From positions 27,468,001 to 27,532,000 of the forward strand of contig NC_045697.1 of assembly GCF_009834535.1 (NCBI RefSeq): a stretch of DNA of 64,000 nucleotides, in the 5' to 3' direction. The DNA is from Camelus ferus (Eukaryota). The notes under the pieces were generated by a model. That model was not told where the DNA came from. It was given only the letters and a program-made list of their open reading frames with translations, and did not search any database. Positions 1 through 12,970 of this stretch are shown one piece after another. The translations under genes were made by a program, and so were the position numbers. Within the stretch, counting starts at the first letter, position 1, and every line of letters begins with the position of its first letter.

Positions 1-1679
1 TAAAGGGTCTGGTTAACACCAAACAGAAAGACAATTCCGGCAGCCGGCGGCAGGACTGGAATCAGGGTTGACTCGGTGGCTTCTGTGTTTTTTTTTATCG
101 ACGTCCCCCACCATCTGGAATCACAGTGCCCTGACACCCGGCAGGGTCCTGTATGATTAAAAGCAGGCCAGGCCCTGGCCCATGAGACAGAGATTTTCAG
201 CACCACTGGTTAAAAAGAGTTTCCTGTTAACCAGAAAAGGCCAGGTATCAGAAGAACCTCAATTTCTCAGCATTTTAATTTTTGAGATTTTTACGGTGAT
301 AAGAAGAAAGGAAATTATTTTTCAAGAGAGTGTGTTGTGGTGGTTTTTTTCTAAGAAAAATACTTCTTCTGGGACAAGGTGTCCATGTGGTCTGCTTTGG
401 CCGGACACAAGAGTAGCCCAGACAAAATCAGGGGAGGCCCAGCTTTGCTCACTGGCTCAATTCTGGGGCAACTGGTGCTTCTGCTCTTCAGCCAGGTTGT
501 CTGGAAGAGGTCATTTTGTTCAGACTGTTCCCATGAATTCCCCTAGATCAGAGGAGATGAATTTTCTTATTCCCCAGATTCCGAATCCTCTCAGTAACTG
601 ACTTGGCAGTCTGCATGATGGGCAGCCAACATAGAGGGGCCAATGTCTCAGAAAGCTAGGCCAGATCAGGGCCTGGGAGACTCCAGGACTGCGCCAGAAA
701 CCAGCGTCTCCAGCAGGGTGGGGACCCGTGTGAAACCAGGGGTCGCCTCCATGGCTTCAGGACTGGTAGGCACCAGCCACAAAGTCCCATCTTGGCCCCT
801 TCCAAGGTTTTCCAGAAGGTTCTCACATTCCCTGCACACGGCAGGCATCGTAATCCCGTGTTTTAATGGCGGTGAGTGCGGCAGCCAGCGGCTTGGCAGT
901 CAGGGAGGGCCTTGCTCTGCGTTCGCTGGTAGGGTCAGCCCTCAGTGAGCTCCGGTCCTCAGAGCACCAAAAGAAAATATTTTTCATGTGATGTCTTGGA
1001 AACTATTTCTCACATGCAGAGGCTCACTGAGCCTTCAGAGGCCACAAACCTAAAAATGTTGCAGATACTTTGGAAACCAAAGAAGCTTTTCTGAGACTGT
1101 GTGAAAAGGCTGCCAGTGTCCTTACAGCTGGCCGGTCTGAGGCGTCTTCCCTTTCACTCTTTTTTCTTCCTGTTTCTTCCTCTGTGAGACCCCATCCCTG
1201 GGAGGTTCCTTTTATTCCTCAATGGTGACAGCCTGGTCCCAACTGCAAACTTCAGTCCAGCTGTGGGAGCTCACAGGGAGGTGAAGAAAGCATCTCCCCT
1301 GATTGAGAAGGGGAGGGGGGGGCGGTCAAAGCACAGCTGTCCAGATCTCTGGGGGGCAAATGGCTTTTTATGTTTTATTTGCAGTGCCCACGACCCACCC
1401 CCCCCCAAGACTAGGACCCAAAATGTCGGGGGACTGGCTGGGAGAAGACAGAAGGGAGGCGCAGTGTGATGCTGGGGATCCTGGTGTCCCGTCTCCAGCT
1501 CCACTCAGACTGTAGTCTCTCCTGCCAGACTCCTCGCTCTGATCTGCAGCAGACCCTTGCCAGAACCTCAGAGCCCGCGGCTTCAAAGACTCAAGCTGGA
1601 GCCGCCCCTGCAGACAAGCCAGTGGCAGATCAAGCTGATGCTCTAGGACCATGCCAGACAAAACACACGTGCAGACCAC

Positions 1680-1930
1680 GCACCTGAAATGTAGCTAGAG
1701 CGAACTGAGATGTACTGTAAGTATAAAATGCACACTGGATACTGTAAAACGTCTCCTTAATAATGTTTATGTTGATTATGTTTTGAAATGATACTCTTTT
1801 TGATATATTGGGTTAAGTAAAAGATGCTATTAAAATTAGTTTCACTGTTCCTCTTTCCTTTTATTCACGGGGCTACTAGAATGCTTAAAATGACCCCTGT
1901 GGTCTGCATTACATTTCTGTAGGACAGTGA
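1680..1930 (+). mobile_element. MER33-like hAT-Charlie DNA transposon fossil
   Basis: GAAATGTAGCTAG..TGAGATGTACTGTAAGTATAAAAT..GATATATTGGGTTAAGTAAAA..CATTACATTTCTGTAGGACAGTG follows the recalled MER33 consensus collinearly up to its terminal repeat. Confidence 0.75.
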
Positions 1931-4900
1931 TACTCCAGAAACTCTGAAAGAAACTTCAGTGTGGCCTGGGGGTCAGGAACGCTCGGTGAGAAAAGGAGGG
2001 GCACTGCACTGAGACAGGAGGGGAGGATTTCATCAGAGAATGAGAGAAGGGCTTTTCCTTTGGGGAGAAACTGTTTTAACTCATTAGCCAACCAGCCGGA
2101 CCAGAGCAGCAGGGGCAGCAGGATACTGAGCAGATTTTATGCAGATGCCTGTTTCCATGGCTTGTTAGCTCAAGCCAGCCTTCCGGTCTGCATGGGCCCA
2201 CCAGAGGCAGGACCTGGGAGGCTGCCATGTGATTTGTCTCCAAGCCTGTTAGCCCTCCAGGAGGAGGGGGACCTGTGTTTGCCCTGCAAGACAGTGGTAC
2301 AGACAGTGGCCAACATAGAGGCATTTTTTAATCAGGACAAAAAATTCAATACGAACAGCTGCCATTTCAAGGCTGCGGAAGAATCTTAAGTGCTTACTGT
2401 CTATTTAGTGTTCTCAAAAATTCCATTCAGTTGGTTTAATTACTGCCTGTGTTTCACAAATAAGGAAGCAGGTTCCCTCTGGGGTTAATAACAGGCAGAA
2501 GTCACATTGGCTAAGAGGAAATCAGGGTTTGCCTCACGACCCCCTTCTGAACCACCACGTGCCACCTTGTTCCAGCTTCTGCCTGGAGCCGGGGCCCCAC
2601 CCCACAGCTGGCTGCTGGCCCAGGCAAGCTTTCCTGGACTCTGCTGGCTGCTCCTTGTCCGACAGGTACAGCCTGAGTCCCTGCCCAGCTCCCAGCCCTG
2701 TGCTGCAGGCTGTGGAATGTGAAAGAAGCATCCAGCCCGCTCTCTGAAGCCCTCTGCTGCCTGGGGAAGTGCCACTTGGGCAGGACGGTCAGAGAGGCAC
2801 AGGGTCCTGGGTCCTGCGGTCGGTCCCCAGGTGCTCAGTGGGGGTTGGCATCTGCTCCCGGCATCACCAGGCTTGGGGAGACTTTGTTGTCCAGCCCTCT
2901 GTTTTCTGTTTCACCCTGGCAGGTTCCATCTGGCACCTAGATATTATAAATAGCCGCTGCTAGGGTGTGACTTGGGTGGAGACCTGGAGGCTGTTCTCCA
3001 CCCTGAAGGGGAAAAGAAGCTTATTTAATTCATTTCTGTGCTTGGAAGCCTCTGGCTGTTTAGAATGCCAATTAAGTGGCAGCTGCAGGGTTTTTTTCCT
3101 TTCCCTACCCCAAGAAGGCCTGCCTGATTTTCTGGGCCTGTTGACTTCTTAAGCTCTTACAGGAGGTTGGGTGGGGCACACTTGGCAGGACCACAGCCTC
3201 TCTGAACATAGGCTGGCTGAGTTCTGCTGACTCTCTGCCTCGGGGTGGGGAGTGGGCAAGCTTCCCCAGAGAGGCCCAGCCCTTCCCTGTTTCTTCCAGG
3301 ATGTAGGAGGTTGGGGGAAGAGGAAAGATCTTTCTCTGAGAGTGGGGAGTCCAGCTGGCCAGTGCCTGAGGGAGCCCTCAAACTAGTACCTTAACAGACG
3401 CCCCAGAAGGGCTCTACACCTCGCAGCTCCCATAGAACTTAGGTCTCTGCACCGTGCATCTGGCATCAATCACATGCTGCCTGGTGGCTTACATTCACTC
3501 TGAGGGTTGCTTCCTTGTCAGTGTAGTGGGGATTACAGTGTCCCCCCAGAGTGCTGGGGAGGGTGGCATGGCCCAACACAGAGAAAGTGCTTGGCACAGC
3601 GCCTGGGACACCAGCTCTCAACAGCTTCCATATTAGGTTGAAATGCAAAGCCAGAAAACACTCAAAGAACAGTTCCTGAAGGGTTCAGTGCAACCTGCGG
3701 GAAGACCAAAATAAATGGAAGAACTTCCAGTTATCAGCCAAATGATAACATCAAAGATGGTATTTTAAAATGAAAGCACCACATAATGAAATATTAAATA
3801 TATATTAATACATGATAAAAAGAGCATTACAAGATAAAATGATGGCACAAAAGCGAAGCAAGTGGGTATGTCAGCAGACAAAAACGAGAAACATTCAAAC
3901 ACTCATGCTCCAGGAGTTTTCACCATTATTAAAAGTCCTTGATGTGTGACCTTTTAGCTCCTTTTCTATGCATACAATAATTTGCATTTGCATGTGTGTG
4001 TGTGTGCATGTGTGTGTATCTGGGTGGGTGGGGCTGAGGCTCTGATGCAGTTAGTCAAAGGAGTAAATGAGTAGATAACACTTCTCTGTGCATGAACCTG
4101 GGACTCATGACAGTCTCGCATTATCAGCAGTGGTGAAAGGGAAGTTTCTTAAGGGTCTGCTTGGTGGACTTTTTCTGCAGAAAAAGCCAGTGGACAATGC
4201 TGTGTGATCCTTGTGCCAAGACACCAACACCCCTTTGGGATTGCCCAAGAATAATGGGAAAATTCTAAAGGAGTTCTCAGGGCCTGCCGTTTGGCAAGGG
4301 GAGCTCCAAATCATTGGAATTTCAGCAAAAATGTGAATATGATGTCATCGTTAAACAAATATTGAGTCGTCTGTTCACTTTATAAGTAGCTTTTATTTCA
4401 TGGTTAATTAGGAGGAAAACATATTATTCAATTTTTATATTAGATGCACCGAGTCCTTCTGGTGTTTGTTGAACAATAGTAAAGGAGGTAAGATTTGAAG
4501 CAGTCTATCCATATTCTTCAGGTTGTATTGGCTGTGAGACACTCTGGGTGTTCAAAGACGGCCAACTGCCTTTCATTCCTCTGATCGCCATCCTTCTCTG
4601 GCACGAGGGAGGAGGAAAGGAATATGAGGCCCACCTCGTGCAGTATCTTAGATCGAATTAGGTACCCAACGGAGTGAACAATTTGAACTCAACACATCCC
4701 CAGTCGCAAAAGCTGGCCAAGGCTCTTGGCACCCAGGACCTCAGGAGCTGGGAACCTGGTTCGCAGGAGAACTTCAGGTGTGCCCCACACCCCCGAGAAG
4801 AAGCACACCCTCTCAAAGAGTGCAAAGGCCCTCATCTGGTCTCCATTCTCATCCCTGTGTCCAGAGTTTAAGGACAACAGAGGAGGAAAATCTGCCTACA

Positions 4901-5769
4901 GGAGCGTTGGCGCTCTCTAGGTGATAACATTGTCTTGCAGGGTGCCTTGGGGGAGTACAATCCAACATTATGCTCCCTCTGAACACAGAGTCAGGCTCCC
5001 TAGAGAATATCAGGAGAGAAGCTTACTGGCAGGCAGGTAATGGAGGGACCCCTTTCTCCAGTTAAGTCCTTGCCTTGGGTCCTCCATGGCCTGTGAAAGT
5101 CTGCAGGGGTCCAACCTCTTGTTCTCTCTTCTTCCTTCTGCCCAGCTGGAGGGAGTCTCACCATCTTCCAGAACACCATTTAAGTTCCCCTTCTTCCTAG
5201 ACTGGGTCTTCATTATCAGATATCAAGACGTTCTGCATGGAGCCATCAATTTCACCTTCCAGAGAGACAGTGTTGTAAAACCTGAAGACAGAGAGGAATA
5301 GCTGCATATACAGACCATTAGTTTCATTCATTCATTCATTCATTTCATGCTTTCACTGAGTGCCCCAAGAAACACTTTAAATCCACCTTCTCCACTGTGA
5401 CCACCTTGTTCAAGCCACCATCCTCTCTAAGCTGAACCAGTGTAAGATTTTCTCTTTATTTTTTTTAAACCCTTCTTCTCCCTTTTTTTTTTTTGGAACG
5501 CCTTTATTGTGGAATAATTCCTGTACTGTAAATTACATGTTTCTTAATGGTTCTATTTGCTTCCATTCTCGACTTTCTCCCACCCTTCTCATCAAGGTGA
5601 TCTGAGAAACAACAACAAGAATCCCAGATCTGGTCTTGTCTCTCGGCACCCCTGCTGAGCTTCACTGATTGCCTTCCCTTCCATCTGCTGCTTGTGGGAT
5701 GAAGACCGAACTGTTCGAGGTCCTGTGAGCCACCCCCACTGTCTGCTCCCAGCCTCGGCTCTTCCCTTT

Positions 5770-6190
5770 TTCTGTCCTGCAGTGACACTGGCTGTCTCTC
5801 AGATCCTCAAATCTGCACGAGCCCTCCCCTGGCCCTGCAGAGCCTGTGCCTGGACCGTCTCTTCCCTTCCCTCCTCACCTAAAATGACCTCCTTTAACTT
5901 CAGATCACAGCTCAAACATCACTTCCTCAAAAAGGCTTTCACAGCCTGCAGGCTTGAACAACTTCCTTGCAATATGTTCTCTTAACACTTGGTAATTTCC
6001 TTTCATATCACGTATCAGAGTGATGCTTACATATTTTTCTGGGTGGTTATTTGTATTGACAGACATTAGTCTGTCTCCCCGTTAGACTGTTCGTTGTGTA
6101 GGAATAGGGGCTGTGGCTGTTTTGCTCACCGTTCTATTCTCGGAGCCTAGCACAGAGCCTCAAGCGAAGTGCTAAATAAATATTTGTCAG
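5770..6190 (+). mobile_element. L2 LINE 3' fragment
   Basis: CAGCTCAAACATCACTTCCTCA, TAGACTGT, CCTAGCACAGAGCC and AATAAATATTTGT are L2 3'-end motifs. Confidence 0.7.
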
Positions 6191-6470
6191 ATACTTGAAG
6201 AGACAGGTAGACTGGGCTCTCATGTGTTTATCATCAGCTAAGAGAGAGAAAGTGTCCTACTTATTCTCCAAAGCCCTCTTCAAATGTCATCCTCATCATG
6301 AAATTTCTCTGTCCAAACCCCTCTCCTCCTCTCCACCCCAGGGAGAAGAAATCTCTTCCAGCACCTGCCCAGGATCCTGTGTGTCCTTAGTAACCCCTTG
6401 CTGGGCTTTTGGAAGCAGACTGGTCTGACCTCATCCACACCTTTCAGCTGCACAGCTCCACCTGGATGCC

Positions 6471-6885
6471 TGTGCTCGTTTCTTAGGGATGCTGTGACCA
6501 AGTACCACAAGCTGGCTTGAAACAACAGAAATGTATTGTCTCACAGTTCTGGAGGCTAGAAGTCTGAAGTCAAGGTGTCTGCAGGGCCATGCTCCCTCTG
6601 AAACACGTGTAGGAGAATACTTTCTTGCCTCTTCTAGCTTCTGGTGTTTCCTGGCAGTCCTTGGTGTTCCTTGGCTTGTAGAATCATTACTCCAATATCT
6701 GCCTCCATAGTCACATAGCCCTCTTCTTATAAGGACATCAGTCATTAAGGGGCCACTCTACTCCAGGTGACCCCATCTTAACTAATTACAACCACCTTAC
6801 TTCCAACAAAAGTCACAGTCTGAGTTATCAAAGGTTATGACTTGACCATATGCTTTTATGGGGAGAACACAACACAACCCATATC
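6471..6885 (-). mobile_element. MLT1C-like MaLR solo LTR
   Basis: AAACAACAGAAATGTATTGTCTCACAGTTCTGGAGGCTAGAAGTCTGAAGTCAAGGTG..CTTCTAGCTTCTGG..TATAAGGACATCAGTCATT..CAACCCAT is the reverse complement of the MLT1A-C LTR consensus. Confidence 0.85.
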
Positions 6886-6889
6886 GGGC

Positions 6890-8150
6890 ACAACAGATGA
6901 CTCAAACCCAGGTACCAAATTGCCCTCAGGCCTCTTCCCCACATCCACACATCCTCCTGTATTCCTTATCGGTGGAACCAAAGGCCGTCTAAGCAGAAGA
7001 ATAGGAAGTCATCCCTTTCTTTTCCTTCTTCCATATCTAATCGGTCATGGCATTCTGTTGACTATCTCTTTGACATTTCTCATATTCATTCCCCAATGAC
7101 GGTATTTTAGTTCCTCCATCTTTAATCCAGACAATTGCGGGAATCAAACTGGTCTTTCTGCCTCCTATTTCAATCCCTTCCAAATCACCCTCCATGTTGC
7201 TGCATGAGACATGCGGTTAAAACACAAACATGACCGTGAAACAGTGTTTAAAACTCTTCAAAGGCCCTCTTCTACACGTAAGGTGGTCCAAGCTCCCCTG
7301 CGTGGCATGCAAGACTTCATCATCTCCTCCCAGCTTTTCCTGACCCAGCACCTGATAACGCCTCTCTGCACTCTCGTCTCCATCTTGAACCATCCAGTTT
7401 CCTAAACCTCAGGAATGGCCTTATGCCCTTGGGCTCATAGCAGGGACACTATTCGTGGAACAGCCGTGTGTTCCTGTGCATTTCACAACCTGGTGAGATG
7501 TGTGATTAGTTTTACTCAGTGTGCTGCAATTGGACGTGATTTGTATCACCTCTGTGCCGAACCATTGGAGGGCCAGCGTGTTACCTCCCAGCTTGTTTCC
7601 TGCGATGCCAGCTTAGAAGCTACGTGTTCCAACTTGGAAGGTGCGGATGTAAGAATGCACGGATGCCACTAGCCTGGGTCTGAGGTGACTGTGTAGAGTG
7701 GAGCCCCGACCCCTGTTTCTCTTCCCCATCCCCTAATCAGCTGACCTGCACTGGACTTGTGATTGGAGGGAAAGATAAACCTTAGCTACGTTCATCTTCC
7801 AAGGCTTCAGGGCTCACAGTGCTTCCCCTCTGCCTGCCCCATGCTTTTCAGCTGCCTGGGAAAGTTCTACTGATCCTTCCAGCTCCTTGGTCTTCTCTTC
7901 TGTAAAGCTCATCTGATCTACCCAGGAGAGTTAATTATTTCCTCCTGTGTTCCGACTGTAACACCAACATTGTCCTTATCATCTATTATCACAATGATTT
8001 CATATCCACTGAATCATGGAATAGTAGATGGGAGGTGCCTTGAGGGCAGGGACTGCGTCCCTCAGATTTCAAGTTTATATCCAGCACCCTCAGGGTGATT
8101 GGCAAAAGAGAACACACGATCTAACAAATGATGAATGAATGAATGAACTG
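6890..8150 (+). mobile_element. L2 LINE fragments, interrupted at ~7590-7800 by an MLT1J/K-like LTR piece
   Basis: Pyrimidine-rich L2 motifs (TGGTCTTTCTGCCTCC, TGAGGGCAGGGACTG) ending in the L2 (TGAA)n tail at ~8130-8147. Confidence 0.55.
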
Positions 8151-8578
8151 ACGAAATGGAACCTGTACAGGCTGTCAGAGGGAGGTGATGGGGAAGGCCT
8201 CGAGGACCATGAAAACGCTGTGTAGGGCTCTATGGCTTGGAGACATTAGGGGTTAATGATCGATTGCAATGTAAGCTTAAGTCGAGGTCAGAGTGGCATT
8301 GGCCTAGGTAGTGCATATTACTGGGCTTGAGTGAGTGAAAGGATCACAAAAAATAAAACTACTGTGTGAGCAATTAGGAAGGGAACCCCCCAAACTCCTT
8401 TTAACTCATGAGTGAATGAGCATGAGTGGAATAAAAGTGTTAGTAGAAAATGGTTATCTAGAAAAATAGCAGGCTTGTGTGATGCAAGCCAGAATGACTA
8501 TTAAATTAAAATTACATGTAGTTGGCACAGTGGAAATGCCCGGAACAGGGATTGTGAACAAAATACAACTCTTCTTCC

Positions 8579-8690
8579 TGTCTGTCTGTCTGTCTGTCTA
8601 TCTATCATCTATCATCCATGTACCTATGTCTCCGTGTACCTCTGTATCCCCCTGTGTATGATGTATGTATCTATCTGTCATCTGTCTACT
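8579..8690. repeat. Degenerate (TCTG)n/(TCTA)n simple repeat
   Basis: TCTGTCTGTCTGTCTGTCTATCTATCATCTATC seen directly. Confidence 0.8.
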
Positions 8691-10325
8691 CCCTGAGAGC
8701 AGTAGGGGCAGATCCGAGTTTTGTGGGGTCCCGCATTGTCTCTTTAAATTTTATTTGCTAGCAGCAGAAACCCTCTACCCGCAGTGATGACTTGGGCAAG
8801 CCAAGGAACTTACTGTAACATCCAGGCAATAAAAAAATCCCTTGAGCTGCAAAAAGTAGGCTCACTTCGGATCTTAGCCTTCCACATCCCAGGTGATGGA
8901 TAAAACCCTACAGCTGAGCCTTCCATCTTCTCTCCTCCCTGTGCGCCTGCCCTGGGAGAGGGGGGCCCGGTCCTCTTCCTCTCCTCTAGTTCTGCTCACC
9001 TCCTCACCTTGCCAACTGCTGTTTCCCTCCAGGCCTGGAATGAAGCCCAGAAAGGGGAGAGGTAAGGGAATAAGATAGGTCTCACGTGCCCAGGGGGCTG
9101 AAGCCCTTGGGGCCACCAGCCTCCATGGAGTGGCCTGGCGTGTGATTAAAGCTGGGCCTGGCACGGGCTCTGCAGAGGCCTCCAGCTGGGCCTCTGTCTC
9201 CTGTGACTCCCTTGCTCGGGGCCGAAGGTCTCCATCCCTCTGGGTGGTCTCGTGCGACTCCTGCCGCAGCTCCTGGGCGTCTGGGGGTATAATGGCAGCC
9301 CCGTTCTGCTGAGGACTCTGCCTATGCCTATAGGACCCAAGACCACCCCACCCGGCATCTTCTCCCTTTCCCACAGGCCCACATCTGGTCTTGGGACCCT
9401 CCCCTTGCTCCGCCACCAAAGCAGCGTCCATTGCAAACGCTGTTCCAGCGCTGTCCTGTGCACTATACGTTTATCAGCTCAGTGAATGCTCACAGCCATC
9501 TACAAGGATGTTTGTTTTAAAACTGCTACCTTGAGTTCTGAGGTCACAAAGCCCTGCAGGCACATTTCATTTTGGGAGTAATTTTGATTGCAGACACAGG
9601 AATAGGGAGATGCAGGTTTTATCTTAGCTTGAACACGAACTCACTCTGAGGCTTAGGGTCAGTCAGTTACATCTCTGGAAGGCACACTTCAACACCAAGG
9701 TTCCTTCTTGCCCTAAAATCCTGTGACTCAAGAAATAATTCTTGAATAACAAATTGCATGGAAGTGTTTGGGGTGGGAGGTGCGAAAGGCTAGTTAGGGT
9801 CTAAGGTGTGGAGAAGCCCAGACAGTTCAGATATAAGTAACCCTTAAAAGTCTTGAGCCTCTTTAAGTTTTGAAAAAATGATATTTAAATTGCCTCAAAA
9901 TCTAGGTCTCTGTCATTGCTTCTTTTATAATTCTAAAGAGAAGTCTCAATATAAAGAGAGGTTGCAGAAGCACGTGGTTTTAAGAAACTTAAAAACATTT
10001 GCCTTTTGACTCATTAACTCCACTACCAGAAATACACTCTAAAAAAATAATCAGAAGCATACACAAAGATTTGTGTGTAAGAAGATGAATCACAATAGTC
10101 TTTACTGCGGTAAAAAAAAAAAAGGAACAACTCCCTTTGTTCAATTTCTGCCCGCATAATAACCCTTCAGAGAGGGTCTCAAACCACACTCAATACAGCA
10201 GTGCTCTCTCGCCTTATTCTGCCTTTCTGATTTACATAACACTCACCACCACTGATGTAGTGCAAGTTCATTTTACTGGTTTACCTTCTTTCTCCAAACT
10301 AGGAAGTTAGCTCTGTGGGAGCAGT

Positions 10326-10502
10326 TAGGGGCAGATTCAGGTTTAGTGGGGCCTGAAGAGCGTATAAATCTGCAATCCTTTTTCAGAAAAGCAATTAAAA
10401 ATTAAGAATAGAAAGTTGAGCATGAACAGGAATATGAATTTAGAATAAAAAGAAAAGGTCCCTGGAAGACTCCTCATTAGCCTGACAGTGAATCTGCCTC
10501 AG
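10326..10502 (+). mobile_element. MER53-like hAT MITE nested in an L2 3' end (L2 ~10190-10600)
   Basis: Terminal inverted repeats AGGGGCAGATTCA..TGAATCTGCCTC and body GTGGGGCCTGAAG..TCATTAGCCTGACAGTGAATCTGCC. L2 sequence resumes afterwards (CACATAGTAGGTGCTCA). A 5' fragment of the same family lies at ~8703-8730. Confidence 0.7.
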
Positions 10503-10699
10503 AGGGGACAGGGCTTGGTCTGCCTTGTTCAAAGCTGTATCTCAGGACCTAGACCAGTGCCTGCACATAGTAGGTGCTCAGGAAATACTTGTGGAAAGAA
10601 ACAGGGATGGACAGTAGAGATTGGTTAAGTGAATGAAGAAAAAGAGGTGAAAAGTGGTTATATAACTGGCTCCCAAACACAACTGGGAATGGAGGGAAC

Positions 10700-11141
10700 T
10701 GGGGTAGGACATAGTGCTGCTGTCCTCGCCTTTTGGGGTCCGTGGCTGCCCAGCTAGACTCCACTTCCAGCCTCCCTTGCAGCTAGGTGTGACCACGTGA
10801 TGAAGTTCTGGCATTTGAAATGTGAGCAGAAACCATGGTGCCCTTCTTAGTGGGAACCTTCAGATTATGGGTGTCTCCCCTGTGTTTTCTCCCTTCCCCC
10901 TGCTGCCTAACATCAGGATGTGGTGGTGACTCAGTGTGGCAAGATCCTGGAGGGATGGCTGAGCAGCCAGCTGAGGAGAACCAAGATTCCAGGGTGACTG
11001 TAAAGAACAGAGCTTCTTTACTGACCAGCATAGTCCACCTCTGGCTTATGAAGTGACAGAGCAATACTCTTCTTTCTTCTCTAAGTCTTGGCATCTGGAG
11101 GCCTCTTTGTTACAGCAGCTTAGCTGTACACTAACTAATAT
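10700..11141 (+). mobile_element. MLT1J-like MaLR LTR
   Basis: CCAGCCTCCCTTGCAGCTAGGTGTGACCACGTGA..GAAATGTGAGCAGAA..TTTGTTACAGCAGCTTAGC..CTAACTAATA. Confidence 0.7.
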
Positions 11142-11269
11142 GGTTTTTAAACTCAGGCCCTTTTCATGGCACTACACTTCCCCCTAGCAGCACTGCCAGA
11201 AACAGGGAAGGTGATCTACTTAGAGCCAGTGCTCTGGCTTTTCTCCCAGCTGTTCCTCCTGCTTCCCTT

Positions 11270-11475
11270 TCATGGTAACAACAGCAACTGCTGGCGACGT
11301 GTCAGGTACTGTCCAAAGTGCTTTCCATGAAATGACTCATTCAGTCCTCACCTTTGAGGAGATAGTTTTATTATCTCCACTTACAGATGCATGAACCGAG
11401 GCGCAGAAAAATTAAGCAACACAGCTAGTAAGTGTGGAGAGCTGGGATTGTGATCCACTCAGGCTAGTTCCCACG
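11270..11475 (-). mobile_element. MIR SINE
   Basis: Reverse MIR core: TTATCTCCACTTACAGATG..GAGGCGCAGA..CACAGCTAGTAAGTG..GAGCTGGGATT. Confidence 0.75.
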
Positions 11476-12439
11476 CTTGGTTTCCCTTCTCATCCTTCAG
11501 ATCCATTCAGCCCCCTTCCCTCTTGTGAACAGAACGAGAGTAGCAGCAGATGCTTGTAAATCAAAAGTAGTTTCTGTCCCTTTCTCTCTGTCAGTTGGTC
11601 TACATTTGTCTCTTTGTTATCCTCCCATGATGTTGAGAACTCTAGCATTCAGGGAATATCCTTTGGCACAGATCGGCCGGCATTTCACCAAGCACACTGG
11701 GCACATCAGAGAGAGCCCTGAACAGGGAGGAGGTTTGGTCTCTGGGCCTGGCTCTGCCACGGCTTTGTGCGTGATTCTGACCACTGCACTTCCCTCTGTG
11801 ACGTGGCATGCAAGGATGGTCTCCAAGGATCCTTGCAGATCTGAAATCTGCCACCTGAGGTTCTGTCCTTCCTTGGCCTCTGTCCTCTGTCCTCTGGCAC
11901 TGCCGGCCTACCTTTTCGCAGGAGGCAAGGAACAGGGGTCAGCTCCATGTTTGTGGTCTTGGAGGGGCGTCATGTGGTTTCACTGAATTCATAGATGCAA
12001 AAGAAGCGGAGGAAAGGCAGACTCTGCTGGTCTTCTACTGATCCTGCTATTTACAGGCTCAAATGCCTCCTGGATCCGCAAGTGCTAATGAAACACGATT
12101 CAAGGGTTAGAGTGGGGATTAAGAAGTTTACAGGCTTGAAGAGGGAACCTGAATCCAACTGACTGACCAGTGAAATGATCCCCTGCCTGGAATCCCACTT
12201 TGCCTGCAAGTTGGGGTAGGGTGCCCTCCAGGAGACTAACGGATAGGTGTAGCTCCAGTGCCACTGATGCCCATCAGTCGTGATGGAAAAGGTATCCCCT
12301 GAAAGAGAGAGACTGGGCATGAAGAAGAGTTTGAGGACATGTGAATGAATGAATGGGGGACACGGCAATTTGCTGCCTGCGAACGTCTTGAGCAATCAAA
12401 CAGAAAAGGCATTCTGCTCTCGGGAAGGCTTAGGCGCAT

Positions 12440-12970
12440 CTCCCCATCACCACTGCGCGTCAGCTTGCTTGTGGCTGCAACGAGGTTACGGGAAGACTTT
12501 GATTCTGGGTGCCTGCTAACATCAGCCTTGCCCTCCTTCCTGATTTTACCACAGTTCCCCTTCGGGAAATTACTCGCACGTGGTTGATACAGGACCCGTT
12601 CTGGGCTAAGAAAATAGCTGCCAGGACCCAGCTGGCCACACGATGAGCTGTGACAGGAAAAGAACAGGGAAGAGCTAAGACGAAGCGGCAAGTGGGGGTG
12701 AGCCTCCGCCCGACGGAGGGTGTCAAGCACTCTCGGCTTCCTCAGCAAGTTTGGGGTGGAAGGCCTCCACCTGCGTGGCTGAGCAGGTGGTCTCCCTGCC
12801 GCAGATCTATTAGCTCTGGGCTCACTCTGTCGAGGGGGCGGCGCGACAGACATGTTGCCAGGGAGGGGCCCGCAGAGCCAGCAGGAGAGGGCGCGGGGCT
12901 GCTGAGCCACCAGGAGCCAAGGGACGGTGACGCCGAATTCAGAGGAAAGGGGCATCTGGGGGAGCCGCTC
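12440..12970. promoter_or_regulatory. Small CpG-rich unique segment, candidate enhancer or promoter
   Basis: About 19 CpGs by hand count in 12681-12967 against a CpG-poor background. E-box CACGTG at 12577-12582, RUNX-like ACCACA at 12548, GC-box-like runs. Confidence 0.4.

Noticed and set aside
12236..12955. 239-aa minus-strand ORF, the longest non-L1 ORF
   Set aside because: No recognisable domain, low-complexity S/P/R/L composition, and overlapping ORFs in other frames, as expected in a GC-rich patch
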